Origin: Takakia lepidozioides
Taxonomy: Eukaryota; Plantae; Bryophyta
NCBI GenBank assembly: GCA_030704615.1
Contig: CM060733.1
Span: forward strand, 25,110,001-25,174,000
DNA length: 64,000 nucleotides
Reading direction: 5' to 3'
The notes under the pieces are model-generated. The model was not told where the DNA came from. It ran no database searches and saw only the letters and a program-made list of their open reading frames with translations. The first letter of the stretch is position 1. Each line of letters starts with the position of its first letter. The position numbers and the translations under genes are program-made. This document shows positions 12,483-25,664 of the stretch, in pieces.

Positions 12483-14568
12483 AGTGCACTTGCCCACACT
12501 GGCAGTCTTCCGTCAGCCAATTGCAGTTCACTATCAGGTAATCAAACCTCACTCATGCTCTGTCAATAAGATAATTCCAACATGTTGGGGCATATTGGTG
12601 ACCTAGTTCTTGGCTTGGTGTCCCTCCAGCTGTCTTCTGACCCATGGAACCCTCTCTCCACCCACCTTGCACCCTTCCTTCCTCCCTCCTTGAGTGAAGG
12701 TACCCATATCAATATCCCACAGTGATACCATCGCTGGTAGCTACATCATTGTTCGAGTCACCCATCTTTGGCCTTGTCTTTGCAGTGGTAGGGGGGGTTG
12801 ATTTCTCCCCACGGTCACAGGATCCCCTCAAACTCAGCAACCCGGCAATTTAGGTTGTATTGCTAGCTCAAGTAGGCTGCAAACAAATATGTAACTTTGT
12901 GCGATTATTATTAAGAGCAAGACTTCGAGTGTCAAGTAAAATTCTCTCTCCTAGGTCTGAGAGTTTTGACGCGTCAAACCTTGATTAAATGGTACATACA
13001 TAAATGTGTGGCATTATCTTCTCCCCCTTCCCTTGGGCGGTGTCCCTTAATCCGTGTGCTAGGTGCCTCTTAGCGAGGTTACTTTGAAAGAGGTTATTTT
13101 CTCCTCTCACTATAATTAAGGGGCCTGATTTGTGAGCGGTTGTGCAAGGTGTTTCCCTTTATCCAAGACAAAAAAACAAAAAAACAAAAAACCCTCTCTG
13201 AACTTGCTATATTTTTTACTGAATTAGATTCCTGGAAGTTTTATTTTTCTGTTACTCCCAAGCCGGAACACCTATCCAGGTTTAACTATATCATCTCTGA
13301 CAAGGCTTGAGGATGTGCATTTTGAGAGGAGAAAGAAAGACATTAGTTTGTCTTAGCCCGTTTGGAGGGGGAATGAAGTTTGGTGAGAATGTGAGCATGT
13401 GAGCAGGTGAGTGACCACAATTATTTAGACTCAGATATGAGAATGTAATCAAACTTACAGTTTTGATGAATTTTGTAGGTTTTTGTAGGTTTGGCACCAA
13501 TAAGGTGGCTTCAAATATAGGTTCAGGTTAGGGTTGGGATAGGCTCAAGCTTGGTTCAGTTCGCCGAGAAACCAACATACACAAAGTAACGCGTGGTTTG
13601 TTACAAATTTATGTACATGATACTGAACCTAATTTCGATTCAAACTCCTATCCAAAAAATATCACAAACAAATGTCCATATGTATAAATTCATGTAAGCT
13701 TGTAAAATTATTGAATCTAAACATTTTAAAATTTACTCACATAATATTCACATTTGATTTTATACCCACCAAAGGTTTGGTCCACTCATCAACTACCAAC
13801 ACCTGGGATTGGAGATGCTACCTTTGTCAAAGGACTTACTCCTGTAGTATGTATGACTCACCTTTATATAAACAGTAAATCTGAAAGCCCTGAGCACAAT
13901 GTTACATCCAACAGAGCCAGCTCAGCCTCAAGGAATTGGAAAGTTGGTGATTAGAGGTGTAGACATCTTCGTCTTCTCTTATGTCTACCATACAGGGAAA
14001 TACCACGTACTAAATCTCTGTCACCATTGTTGTTGGGTGCTCAGAGAATCAGCCTCCACTCCAGGGGTCCACATTTGCTCTCCTCTAATGTCTCTCTCTT
14101 TCCTGCCGCACGGTCGTTGCATTTCATCTGCAACACCATTACCAATGCAAAAAAAATTCATCTGTAAAGATATAAATTCTCTTTGTTAATGCGAGATAAA
14201 GCAGTATATGTTAATCCATGTTTATTTACTCCGGCAGGATCAAACCCCAAACAATCTAAAGTTAAACCTTGTGAACGATGAATTGCTGGAGCTGCAGCTA
14301 ACTGAAAGGGAAATTGTGTTCTGGTAATTAAATGGGACCTATTTGAAGGAAATCACGAAGTTCCATTCTGTGATTCCTCTTGGTATCTCTACAGTATGCT
14401 TGTACTAGACCCTGGTTTGGTAGGATGAGTCATGGACGGATGCCGATCCCCTAAGTAACTTACCCACTACATCTGTTCCTCTCCTCACCTCTTCTGCTTC
14501 TTATGCAATTGGGCTCTCTTTGTCTGAGCCTTAGGTGCTGGGAGGTTGTTGCTTGAGGATTCGGAGCC

Positions 14569-14949
14569 ATGGCGCCTAAGCCAGGAAACCAGAAAACAGG
14601 CTTTCCGCAACAATCTAAGCTTAAAGGTTTATCCCAGTCGGGGAGGAAGAAGAGTTCCGGCAAAAGTGCGTCAGGACCGTCTGACTATTCCATCCACAAG
14701 GACTTTGGAGGATATCAGAACTTCATGCACTCTTGGGGTCTGAAGATTTATAACATGGATGATGTTGAAGAGGGGAAAGCAATTACAGAGGCTTTCAAAG
14801 AAGCGGATCGCCAGGCTGCACGGGATGCTGCGAAGACTGGTGGTTCTGGGAATGCGGGGAAATCGGTTGGCAAGTCCGGAAGTAGTAAGCGAAGATTTTG
14901 TTCTGATAGATTTCTGTTTTGCATCATGTTGTTCCGTGGATTAACTTAG
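14569..14949 (+). CDS. Small single-exon hypothetical protein (126 aa)
   Basis: ATG in strong context (GCCATGG). Basic, low-complexity flanks surround a structured-looking core SDYSIHKDFGGYQNFMHSWGLKIYNMDDVEEGKAITEAFKEAD. The last ~17 residues may be read-through into UTR. Confidence 0.6.
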   Translation: MAPKPGNQKTGFPQQSKLKGLSQSGRKKSSGKSASGPSDYSIHKDFGGYQNFMHSWGLKIYNMDDVEEGKAITEAFKEADRQAARDAAKTGGSGNAGKSVGKSGSSKRRFCSDRFLFCIMLFRGLT

Positions 14950-16668
14950 TGGTTTGTCGATGCTTTCAACTCATTCCATTTGGTTGCGGTTTCCTTTCAC
15001 CTTTGAAGTTTGTTGTTGATGCAAGGGATATGCTCGAGATTCCATTAACCATTCATGTACTGTGTACTCAGCGGTGGACGCCTAGACCATTCATGACCCC
15101 CTGATGCGCCCAGCAGGTACGCGGCTTGAGAATTGCGCACATATACTTCCCAGCACTTCCTAAGCGATATGCATCCTGCCTTTTCCTCATGTATTAATCT
15201 TCTTCTTTCTTCTTACAGTACTTCTCTTGATGAACTTCGATGAGTGTTGGAGGTTAACAAATGGATGCACTCAAAAGGAATGTGTTTTGCACAGGAGCCC
15301 TCTTCTGGGGAAAGGAAGCAGAAGTGAAGTTGGTTGTCCATGTAAGCCAGTGCAGAGCTTACATGCTTAGCTTGTACGTTGAAAACAGATGCGTGCAAAT
15401 TTTGTGACGATGTTCTGCGGATGAACAGAGCATAGAACATTGTACAAATTGTCTATGCGATGGTGTGGCCTCACCCTGTGAGAACACCAGTCGGTGCTAG
15501 CCAACCCATTTGCTAGCACAGTTTTGTAACATGACTCTTCAACAACTAGAGTGAGGAACTTGGTTTTCCAACCAGTTGCATATCACGGATATATATGACG
15601 CAGACCACTGGCAACTTGAACTTACAAGACTACTTCTACCTCCAGTGAATGTTAGTATGTTTGGCATATCGTTTGTTGTATTGCATATGACCAACAACTC
15701 CTGTGTGAGACTCGTGTATGTACAACACTATTCTTCGAGGTGATGGTTACAGTGAGCTGCTTTTGAGATTGTGAATAATTGTGAAAATGTGGGCTTGGGG
15801 CCAACCAAATTGGCAGTCTCTCCCCCCTATCTCCCAGTGCATTTCTGGCCCCACAACTTTGCATCTCAGGCGCATCACCACTTTAGGCACATTTGACATC
15901 AAGTCACTGAATTGATCCTCTTACACCACCAGTCAACTACCGGTTGGATCTTCTTGTGAAATCTCAACACTTTCTCACGTTCCTGATATTCGGAATGTTA
16001 CAAAACACTCGAACTACACCTGGAAAAATGTCAACCTTCTATCTGCTTTGCAGCACGTCAAACCATGAAGATCTACAGCTGGGAAAATAGTTTTCGTAAT
16101 CCTCTCACCATGAGCTACGCATGTCATTCTTCCTTCCTGCTACACCTTCAACACCTACGTGGAAACCCACATGAAAGTGACGCCCACGTCGACCTTTAAG
16201 TGCGAACCAATTACTGAAGGAAGTATGGAGAGTTCCAGCTTTGCCCCATGGCTTTCATCAGCTCACTATCATTTCCGAAAACCTACAGCACACATGAACC
16301 CATGTGAAAAGTGAGGTTGCAGAGAACGGAGATTGAATATTGATTGACTGCTGCCAAGAGAGAAGAATCTCTTTTCATGCAAGAGCATTTGTACTCGGCT
16401 ATGGGGAAGCAGGGCTTGAGAATTTCTCAATCAGGTCAGGACGTCAGGACTCGAGAGGTAGGTTGAAGAGAGAAGAAAAGACTGCGAGAAAGATTTATAT
16501 GGGAGACGAGCAGTGGGCTCATGCATTCATCCGTCCGTTTGGTTTGTCATCCAAAGATAACTTTACGAGGTAGAATGGAAGTGTTAACGGCGCAGGAGCT
16601 CGTTCTGGTCTCCTCCCTGGGCCCTTGTTTGTGAGGGATTGGAATTCATGAGATCATGGAATTCACTT

Positions 16669-16889
16669 TCTCACCTTTGAGAAGAAAATAGTGGAACAAC
16701 CTTCCGCAAGAATGTTGTAACTAAAAAGTGTCTAGCCCTTGCATTATATAAATTCTCTGTAGCAGCTGAAATTGCAACCACCAGTGAGGCACTACATATT
16801 TCATTACATCTATAGATCCCATGTGACCGAGATACTGACATGAGAAATCGCTGCCGCAAGCATGTTTAATGTATAATCCATTTTCATAA
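16669..16889 (-). pseudogene. GDSL lipase internal fragment
   Basis: Near-copy of 1855-2010 and 23020-23234 (ENGLYII...ND, VVAISAATENLYNARARHFLV). Confidence 0.75.
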
Positions 16890-17165
16890 ATTGTTTAGGA
16901 AATATTTGGGGAAATTTGTGTTGGTCTTCATGGATGATATCTTGGTTTATTCAAGGTCCAAAGAAGAACACAATGAACACTTGAGAAGTGTTTTAGAAAT
17001 CCTGAGAGAAAATAAGCTTTATGCTAAAAAAAAAAAAGTGAGTTTTTCATTTCCCAAATTGAATATTTGGGTCACATAGTGTCAAAGGATGGCATTTTGG
17101 TTGATCCCAGAAAGATCAAAGTGGTGGCTGAATGGCCAATTCCAAATGATAGAACAGATGTAAGA
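16890..17165 (+). mobile_element. Ty3/gypsy reverse transcriptase fragment
   Basis: [45 protein letters not shown]...[28 protein letters not shown]. Confidence 0.9.
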
Positions 17166-18528
17166 CAAAGATCAAAAACCTGGCTGTTGAGCAGCGGAGG
17201 CATGGTAAGTCAATCAAAGCCATGGAACAAGTGAGACTCAGGGAGGTTTTGAAGACTGCAAGAGCAAATGTCGCTCACATCGTGGGCAAACGCTTCAGGT
17301 ACTCAATTCCCAATATTGTGGGCTGTCGGTCGCTCCCAGGTTTCCCTTTCTTAGTTTGTTTTTAAAATAAAAATAAAACTAACTGCAAGTGCAAATCGAG
17401 TTTATATATTATCTTCATTTGATTTACAGGGCCGCTAAAAAAATCAAATTATATATATTCTACAAAACAACGTGCCAAAAGTTCACTGACTATGACCGTC
17501 AACCCCTATCCACAGAATTAAAGTAGTATTTATAATACTAACGGTTCCGCCCAACCTCCACAAAAAGTATACTTAAATGATAATATTAATATGTAGCGTA
17601 CAAAAATGACTAGGGATAAGGCGGCGCGCCATGTGTGGATCTGAAATCCGTTCATCTGAATCAGATGGACGGCTCATCAAAGCAAGTATAAAGTTAACAT
17701 CGGACGATGAGTAAATCTCAGAAGTCGTGTTGTGCGGTCGGATTGCAGGGGGAGAATGGCGGTGTAAAGGCAGGGGAGAGGCGCGCGCTCTCCATTGCTC
17801 GCTTCTTCCCTGCTCGGGTTTGAGCGCTTGGAAGCGCTTACCTGTACGAGAAACTGTCAATCTTTCAAGGGATTGAAACAGCCGCGAGGTGAAGTGACGG
17901 GATTTCAAGCTTTTCTTGGTAATTTGTGTCTCGAAACTGGGATTTCTGGTGTCTTTCGTTCTTTTGGCAAGGATATGAACCTCGATTTGTTGCCAGTATG
18001 TGTCTCTTCGCTGCTACTTCGATGTGTCTGTATTAACTTATCAATGCAGAGATCATTTCTTTGATTACTGTCTTTGTGTAGGTCGCCTTCTTTGGTGAAA
18101 GTTCATTTCTGTAGTTCCTTGGACTGTCTGTGACCTGTTTCTGAAGTTTCCAATTACCCGGCGGTACACTTGTTTTACTGTCTTTGTCTTTCTCGAAAGG
18201 AGAAATACTTAGATATTATTTACTTCAAGTGTCTTCCTCGTCGCGTGCTTTTGCGAGCATAGCTTCTACTCCGTGCCACTGGAGCTCTCCTGCAGCAGAG
18301 AACTTTCGGATTGCATTGCCCTAGGTATCAAAAAACGGTCTTGGTTCGAGTCCAGGAGTGGTGATTACATGTTGTGCATTTTAGGACTTGCTAGGTGCGC
18401 TGGACTTTTTTTTAGTGTGTCCTCAGCGTATGCAAGTGGTTGTAACCGTTACACCGTTACTGGTGCAGGACTTACCAGGCTACTGACGAGAGTCATCACA
18501 GCGGAAGAGAAGGAGGCAGGTCCCGACC

Positions 18529-21306
18529 ATGCTGCGCACCATTTCTAAGGTGGCAGGTAATGCAGGCCAGAAAGCTCTTTTGATTATGACCAGGTGATAT
18601 TGTATGTGGTTCACTAGGTTTATGTGGGCTAGAAACTGCAGCATGGACGTTTGTGCTCAACGACCATGCCGTTGTTTGGCCTCTGATGTGCTTTGTCCCA
18701 GGTAGTCTGACTTGTTACAACTTTGCATATGGTCCCCGCCTATTTCTTCTACTTTTGCTTACACACTAGGGTTTTGACGGACTAGAGAGTTGTTTCAGAC
18801 TATATTGGAGGTGGTTGGTGAAAGTTTGTATCAAATTGGAGATTGTGCAGGTTCAGCAGCTGCAGCAGCTGCAGCATCTGTGTCTCCTGCTGCTGCTCAT
18901 GTCGACACAACTTCACCAGCAAAATTCCAGGAGGCCTCTAATTCGCGACTAGCAAAGCCTTATGGAAGTCCTTATTTTGTGGAGGAGGAATATGACTTTT
19001 GCCAGGAAGACTTGGCAAATGGAGGGGAGTTCCTATCAAAATTGGGAGGGGCACCTTCTCAAGAGGAGGCAGAAGACGCCACACGAGAACTCAGGGCGAC
19101 TTTTGTTCAGATGTATGACCTTTTTGCCAAGATGGTTGTGTTTTCATGAACATACAGTATAGATGTCAAGGAGAAGTGCATATTGTCGGGGACGTTTGAT
19201 TGTGTTTTCAGTGCATGATTACTGGCTGGAAACATGAAGAAATGTAGGGACAAGGCAGTTGGTGAGCAAGGTGTTGAAGTGTTCAGTTGGTGAATGGGCT
19301 TCACAAATATGTTGTCTCATCGTGTCTTTGCACAAGTCAAGTGCAGGTTGGGGTTGGTCATTGGACCTCAGGCACTATTTGCCAACTGCGGGGTTGTTGG
19401 CTATACCAGTTAGGGCAATGATACAAGTGGTGCCAAACTTCTGTAGTCTTAGTCATACTGGTTGAAGATTTGGCTACGGATGAGTTGGCAGTGAGGATTT
19501 TCTGGTAGATCAGTTGGCTCTCTTTCACTTGAAGAACGTATCCTTGTGTGCATGCATGTCAAGGAGTTATACATGGTGATATTTGTAGGCACACTAATGA
19601 CGGTGACACATTCAGGACGCCTTCCGCCAGGAGTCAAGGTCCTACCATCGAGGAGGGGCCAAGTACGGAGGTAGAGTCTGTTAGCATACCGGCTTCCAGG
19701 GAACGGTGCTATGATGTGCAAGAACTCACCACAGCAACTGTAAACCACTGGGGCAATTCATCCCCGGATCACAATGTGCATGCTTTAACTACGCGGGGCA
19801 ATGGTGTAGTTGCCCGGTGTGTGGATTTGCTTCAGCGGGATCCTGATGTCCAGGTGCTTATCTTCTCTATTCTGCATCAATCACATGCCATTGCAACAAA
19901 CTCAAATGTCTTGAAATATTGGAATTTGCACTCAGCTCCTGTAATTTAGGTCCGTGTTACCAATGGAGAAGACTCACTGTTTCATCTCACTACGACCTTG
20001 AAGGTGTTTGAGCACTGAAAGTTTGAGATTTTTTTTGTTTGCTGTGAGCTATGTTGTGCTGTTAAATCAAACCCTCGACCTGACGGCAGGCAGCAGTGGT
20101 ATCATTGGCAAGAGACCCAGCCATCTGGGATGCATTTGTGAAGAATGAAAAGGTGCAAGAGCTCATGCGTTCTCGCCAGATGAATCTGCCGCAACTTGAT
20201 GGTACCAATCTGTCATCTCCTCTGCCTTTCTTGAATAACCGAAGGGGAACTGATACTAGGTGGAGGCAGTGCAACTTTGAGTTCCTTTGTGGCCATTGGA
20301 GCTAGTACAGTCTGTTAGCACTTGTCGATGTTACTTCCAACGCAAATACAGCTTTTTGTGCAAATTTTTCTTTACATACTGAGAGCCACAGCTTTACTTT
20401 TTGTGACTGCAGCTCGCTTGCCCAATAGGAGGTAGACCATGTAGTAAAGTGGCCATGAGCTTCAGCTCAACAGTCGGTTGTGTATCTGAAGTCTAACCCG
20501 AGACCACTTATGCTCTATTTATGGGCCTTGCCTTGAGGCAGCACTACACATACAGTTTTTTTGGGACACTGACCAATTCTTCAGGGATCCAACCTGGTGT
20601 TGATCAGTTTGTATGGCATTTACGAAATGAAGTTGGATAAAGTTTGTGCAGGCCCACTGGCAGGGTCTGCGTGTTTCCCATGCCTTTCTTTGAATGTGTC
20701 ACTGGCTCTGTGCATTACTCTACTGTCCTGTCCTAACACTGACCATTTAGGGGCGAGCACTTTCCGATAGCCTAGCCACTGCTGTTTCTCACTTATGTGT
20801 CAAGAATACCAATTTTCCTCTATCCCTTTTAGCAATATACCCTTCAAATAACTTCGTCATTCACAAAGTCAGTCTCTAAGTAGACCAGCAGACCTGGTGG
20901 TTGATCACTTGTCCTTGGAATTTCAGCTACTGAAAGCTTGAATCTTAACTGACCTGAGCTGTTCCAAGGTATGCTGTTTGCTACTCTTGTTGTAGCTAAT
21001 TATTCCTGTTTCTAATTCCACTGGTGTTTTTGACAATGACCAGTATATCAGACAATCGGAGGGTGTACCTCACAACAAGACCGGCTCAACCCATTTTTGG
21101 TGGCACTACACTGCATGAAGAATGTGCTCTGGGAGATGATGGACACGCTCGTTGACATCGTTAACAATGTATTTGGCTTTGTAGACCGAAAGATTTTTGG
21201 CGAGAACGACAGTGACCCCTTGGACAAGCCTTTCAAGGCATGCATGGTGCTCACCATTTTGGTGCTGGCACTGGTGGTGTTGAAGCGGAGCCCCACAGCC
21301 ATTTGA
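18529..21306 (+). CDS. Conserved plant protein of unknown function (UCP012943-like, C-terminal TM anchor)
   Basis: Motifs MLRTISKVAG, LGGAPSQEEAEDATRELR, DLLQRDPDVQAAVVSLARDPAIWDAFVKNEKVQE and hydrophobic tail CMVLTILVLALVVLKR. Exons: 18529-18556, 18851-19112, 19589-19853, 20090-20201, 21044-21306. Confidence 0.85.
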
Positions 21307-22577
21307 AATGCCCCAGAGTTGGGTCTGTACAGAGTGGAAGATTGTGACTATGAGGATGACATCAGTAATGTTTGTAGTTCACCATGCAGACGGAAGGCTG
21401 CAACTGATGCCCTGGTCCGACTGGGGATAGTGGAGTTTATTGCATCAGGCAAGTGTGCCTTAGGTTGGTAATATCTGGTCATGTTTTATCATTTTCCGCA
21501 TCCGGCAGTTGTGCTGTACACAGCTTAGTTCTTGTAGTCCACCTTTTGTTTGGCTTACCAAACAAGAGTCAGAATGTCAAATTTCCTCAGCTGCTCTGGG
21601 GCCTGCTGTCTGGGTACTGTATCCTGCTGGGGCCCTACAACTGCCTACAGATGTGGAAGACTCATGTGTGACAGATGTAAGATCTTTCCCCTAGTGGACG
21701 CTGGCTTCTTGATCATGAAAGATGACTTGCTGATAAAATCCACCGTCAGTCAGATAGGTGTTGGCTTGTAAGGATGGTTTCTCATTTGTATATGCAGACG
21801 GTTGTGTTAATGTTTACTGCCACTATGAATGTCTTAAAGTATCGAAGATGGTTGTCAAGTGTCAACCCCAGAGGCGTACGAGGCCATCCAGTGGCCTTTG
21901 TACTGCCCGTGCGGCCTTGGCCTCAATTCATAATGGAATGTGACAATACAGCCGTGTCATTTGGAGAGAGTTTCCTCCAAGGTGGTCATCTTCTCCGATC
22001 TGCTTGATATTTTGTATTATGTAGTCCGCTACAAAAAGTACATGCAGCTCTAGAGCATAGTGGCTGGCTCCTCAATGAATCCATTACCTAACAAAACTGC
22101 AATCACAAGGATCAGCCTGAGCCAAATTTGAGACCCTATAGTTACAAAGGAGTCCCCATCAAAATTGAGAATTTTGATCTGAAATTTGGTGGACGAGTGC
22201 GCAACGATCCTTTGTTGTCTTACCAAGTTCATTAGTCTTCATGGTGCTACAGTTCATGGTGCTACAGTTCGTGAGCTATCCAGCACAGCGAGAACATGCC
22301 TTATGGCCGCCTTCGGGCACTCAAGGGTTTTAATTTTTTTCCCTTCAAATAATGCAAATAAAGTTTCAAGGGCTTTTGGACCCCTTTCCAAAAACAAATA
22401 AAAATAAAATAAAAAATCAATGCATCTCAGCTTACAACAGACAGATCACAATATATTATTAAAATTTATTGCAGAGTTTCAAACACAATTGAATGCACAA
22501 TGACAAAAATTAATCCATCCTCAATTCATGAGCATTACACGGATCACATTCCTTTCCTTCAGCAAAACTTTCCCCCT

Positions 22578-23234
22578 TCACCATGCATTCTGATGAAACT
22601 TTGGTGCGGATCTTGTCAAAAACGACTTTGCTATAATATTGTAGAACACCTCTGTAAAGTCTACTCCATCCCATATAACATGGTTGTTGGGATCCATAGT
22701 TTTGTATATGTCTAAACCCACAACTTTCCCTCCCTTGTTGCGTTAATGTTTCCACACATAGCATCCAAGTTGAAATTGTATGGATGTCCATACCCACAAG
22801 CTGCTTGGAATACATTATCTTTCAGGAATCCATATGCTTCTGGATTTTTCACAATGTCCACGTTGAGGTCATAATAGCGACTGAAACGAATAGAAATTCC
22901 CGAAAGCCGCTGTTGGAGGTCTAAAATCGCATTTTTCAAGCCCTCGTTGTAGGCTAAAACAACCTCATTGAAGGGAATCAAACGTCCGTACTCGTCTCTT
23001 GAAACCTTGGGATTACTCCAATTTGAGAAGAAAATAGTGGAACAACCTTTGGCAGGAATTTCGTAAATAAAAAGTGTCTAGCCACATTATATAAATTCTC
23101 TATAGCAGCTGAAATTGCAACCACCGAGTGAGGCACAACATATTTTATTACATCTATAGATCCCATGTGACAGAGATATTGATATGAGAAATTGTTGCTG
23201 TGAGCGGGTATAATATATAATCCATTCTCATAAA
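22578..23234 (-). pseudogene. GDSL esterase/lipase pseudogene, middle and C-terminal part, intron-less
   Basis: YENGLYII..SNNF, AIENLYNVARHF, NPEAYGFLKD..ACGYG.PYNFN..C, and block V read as WDGVDFTE (catalytic His replaced). Frameshifted. Confidence 0.85.
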
Positions 23235-24265
23235 TTGTTCCGGAAATATTTTTGGGGAAATTTGTGTTGGTCTCCATGGATGATATCTTGGTACAATGAA
23301 CACTTGAGAAATGTTTTAGAAATCCTTAGAGAAAATAAGCTCTATGCTCAAAAAAAACAAATGTGAGTTTTTTGTTTCCCAAATTGAATATTTGGGTCAC
23401 ATAGTGTCAAATGATGGCATTTTGGTTGATCCCGGAAAGATCAAAGTGGTGGCTGACAATCCCAAATGATAGAACAGATATGAGAGCATTTTTGGGACTT
23501 AAAGCTTTTATAGAAGATTTATGCAAATTTTTTTCATGATTGCAGCCCTTCTCGCTAGCCTGCTGAAGGGTTCAACACGATTCAGTGTCAACAAAGTATG
23601 AGGCTCATGAATGTAACAACAATCATGTCCTCAGGGCAGATAATTTGTGAGGGCTGTCACCGAACCCTACCAGCCTACCCCCGCATCCTGACCAGCATAA
23701 AAATCCCTACATAAACTCCAACCCAAACCAAAACTGCACATGCTTTCTCATTGTCACAAAGCTGCTACTCGGGCTAATCCCACACTTTCGACATGCTCAA
23801 ATTGGACTAACCCAAAACTACATCGGTGCAAACACAATAATTTATGAGCAATCATATGGGATGAAGACTCTGATAAAAGATTTGTTAAGCTTAAAAAAAT
23901 GTTCACAAATGCTCCCGTCTCCAGATTGATGGATTATAAGACAGAAGGACTAGTCCTTTGCGTAGATGCAAGTGATTTGGCCATAGGAGCGGTGTTAATA
24001 GACAAGTGATAGTTTATGAGTCCAAAAAGTTGAGCCCGACAAAGCTGAATTGTCCAATACGTGAAAAAGAATTGTTGGCCATCATTCATGCTTTGAAAGT
24101 TTACCAACATCACCTACCGGGAAGTGAATTCAAGATTGAGATAGATCATAAAATTTGAATATCCAGCTACACAGCCCAACCTCAGTTGCACATAGTATCG
24201 TTGGATAGAATTCCATCAGCAATTCTTTTTTATTTGCGATATGTTAAGGGAAAAGACAATATACA
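23235..24265 (+). mobile_element. Ty3/gypsy RT-RNase H fragment (decayed)
   Basis: [60 protein letters not shown]. An unrelated insert occupies ~23580-23850. Confidence 0.85.
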
Positions 24266-24419
24266 GTGAAAAATGTACACCACGCCATCTATCCAGCTCG
24301 ATCCATGCTTCCTGCTTGAAAGATGAAAAAACATCATGAAAGCAATGACCAATTCTCCTAGACTCAGTTCTATGCCTAACTTCTTATCATAGAGACAACG
24401 TTTGTCCACTTCCTTCTGG

Positions 24420-24922
24420 ATAATGCATCTGCCACCACATTTTCTTTTCCCTTAACAGATCGCGAATAAAAAAGAATTGCTGAAGAAATTTTATCCAAGG
24501 AAAATGTTTACGACTGAGGCTGGGCTGTGTAGCTGGATATTTCAAATTTGCATGATCTGTCTCAATCTTGAACTCTCTTCCTAGTAGGTAATGTCGTCAA
24601 ACTTTTAAAACGTGAATTATGGTCAACAATTCTTTTTTCATGTACCGGAGAATTTAGCTTTGTCGGGCTTAACTTTCTGGACTCATAAGCTATCACATGT
24701 CCTTCTTGCATTAACTCCGCTCCTAACCAAATCATTTGCATCTACGCAAAGTACTAGCCCTCCTGTCTTATAATCCATCAATTTGTAAACGGGAGCATAT
24801 GTCAACATTGTTTTAAGCTTAGCACAATCTTCATCCCATGTAATTGCTAATAAGCCTTTCCGCAAGCTAGTGAGAGGGGCTGCAATTTTGGGAAATGCTT
24901 TTATAAATATTCTGTAAAAGCT
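24420..24922 (-). mobile_element. Ty3/gypsy RNase H fragment, inverted relative to 23500-24265
   Basis: WDEDCAKLKTMLTYAPVYKLMDY..GLVLCVDAND ... VKGKENVVADA. It is the reverse-complement homolog of the + strand copy. Confidence 0.85.
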
Positions 24923-25664
24923 TGCATGTCTCTCAATCCTTTGTGTACGTCCACGACGTTAAGATCTCCATCCTCTTCAAGGAAAAAGGAATCAGAACTT
25001 CATGCCGTTTCACCGACAAGAATATACAATTTGGAACAAATCCTGAACAAATGGGGATTCTACCAGTATACTTTCAGTCCAACAATAATATCTTAAGATA
25101 TCATCAAAATACTCATCCTAGTTAAGAGTTTCCACTACTTACAATAAGACCATTGTATACATGAGACTTCTCATAGCAGTTTGATAATGAATAGGTACTC
25201 ATTGTTTCCAAATTTGCATCACTCTTTGGACTTGTCTTTTTTTAGGTTTGCAATTTGAGATATACGTGGTATTTACCGACATATTTTGAGATAGCATCTA
25301 AGATATTCTAAACGATACTTACATTCAAGGTTTGGATAATCTCTTAGTGTTGTCAATAAGATGGACGATTCAGAGCGAAAAGAAGCATAAGAAACCGATG
25401 TTCCGCCAAACATTAGAGGTCTCGATAGCAAGTTGTGTCAAATTAGCGGCTGCCTTGGAATGTACTCTTGTAACTGCTCTTTGTGGATAAAATGGAGTAT
25501 GTGCTCGGAGGGTGCTCGTCTAGACTGACAGCGACATTACCCAATAGAAAGATTGGTACTAACAAATAATCTTCAACCCAATTGAATAAATGTTAAAGGC
25601 AGTGTTATAAGCAGAAAAAATCTAAACAGATTCTATGTCAAAAACAGGTCTTCTGTAGAACAAC

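Noticed and set aside
12910-13192. Possible SINE/LINE 3' end with A-rich tail (caaaaaaa)x3
   Set aside because: No TSD, no Pol III boxes and no second copy identified.
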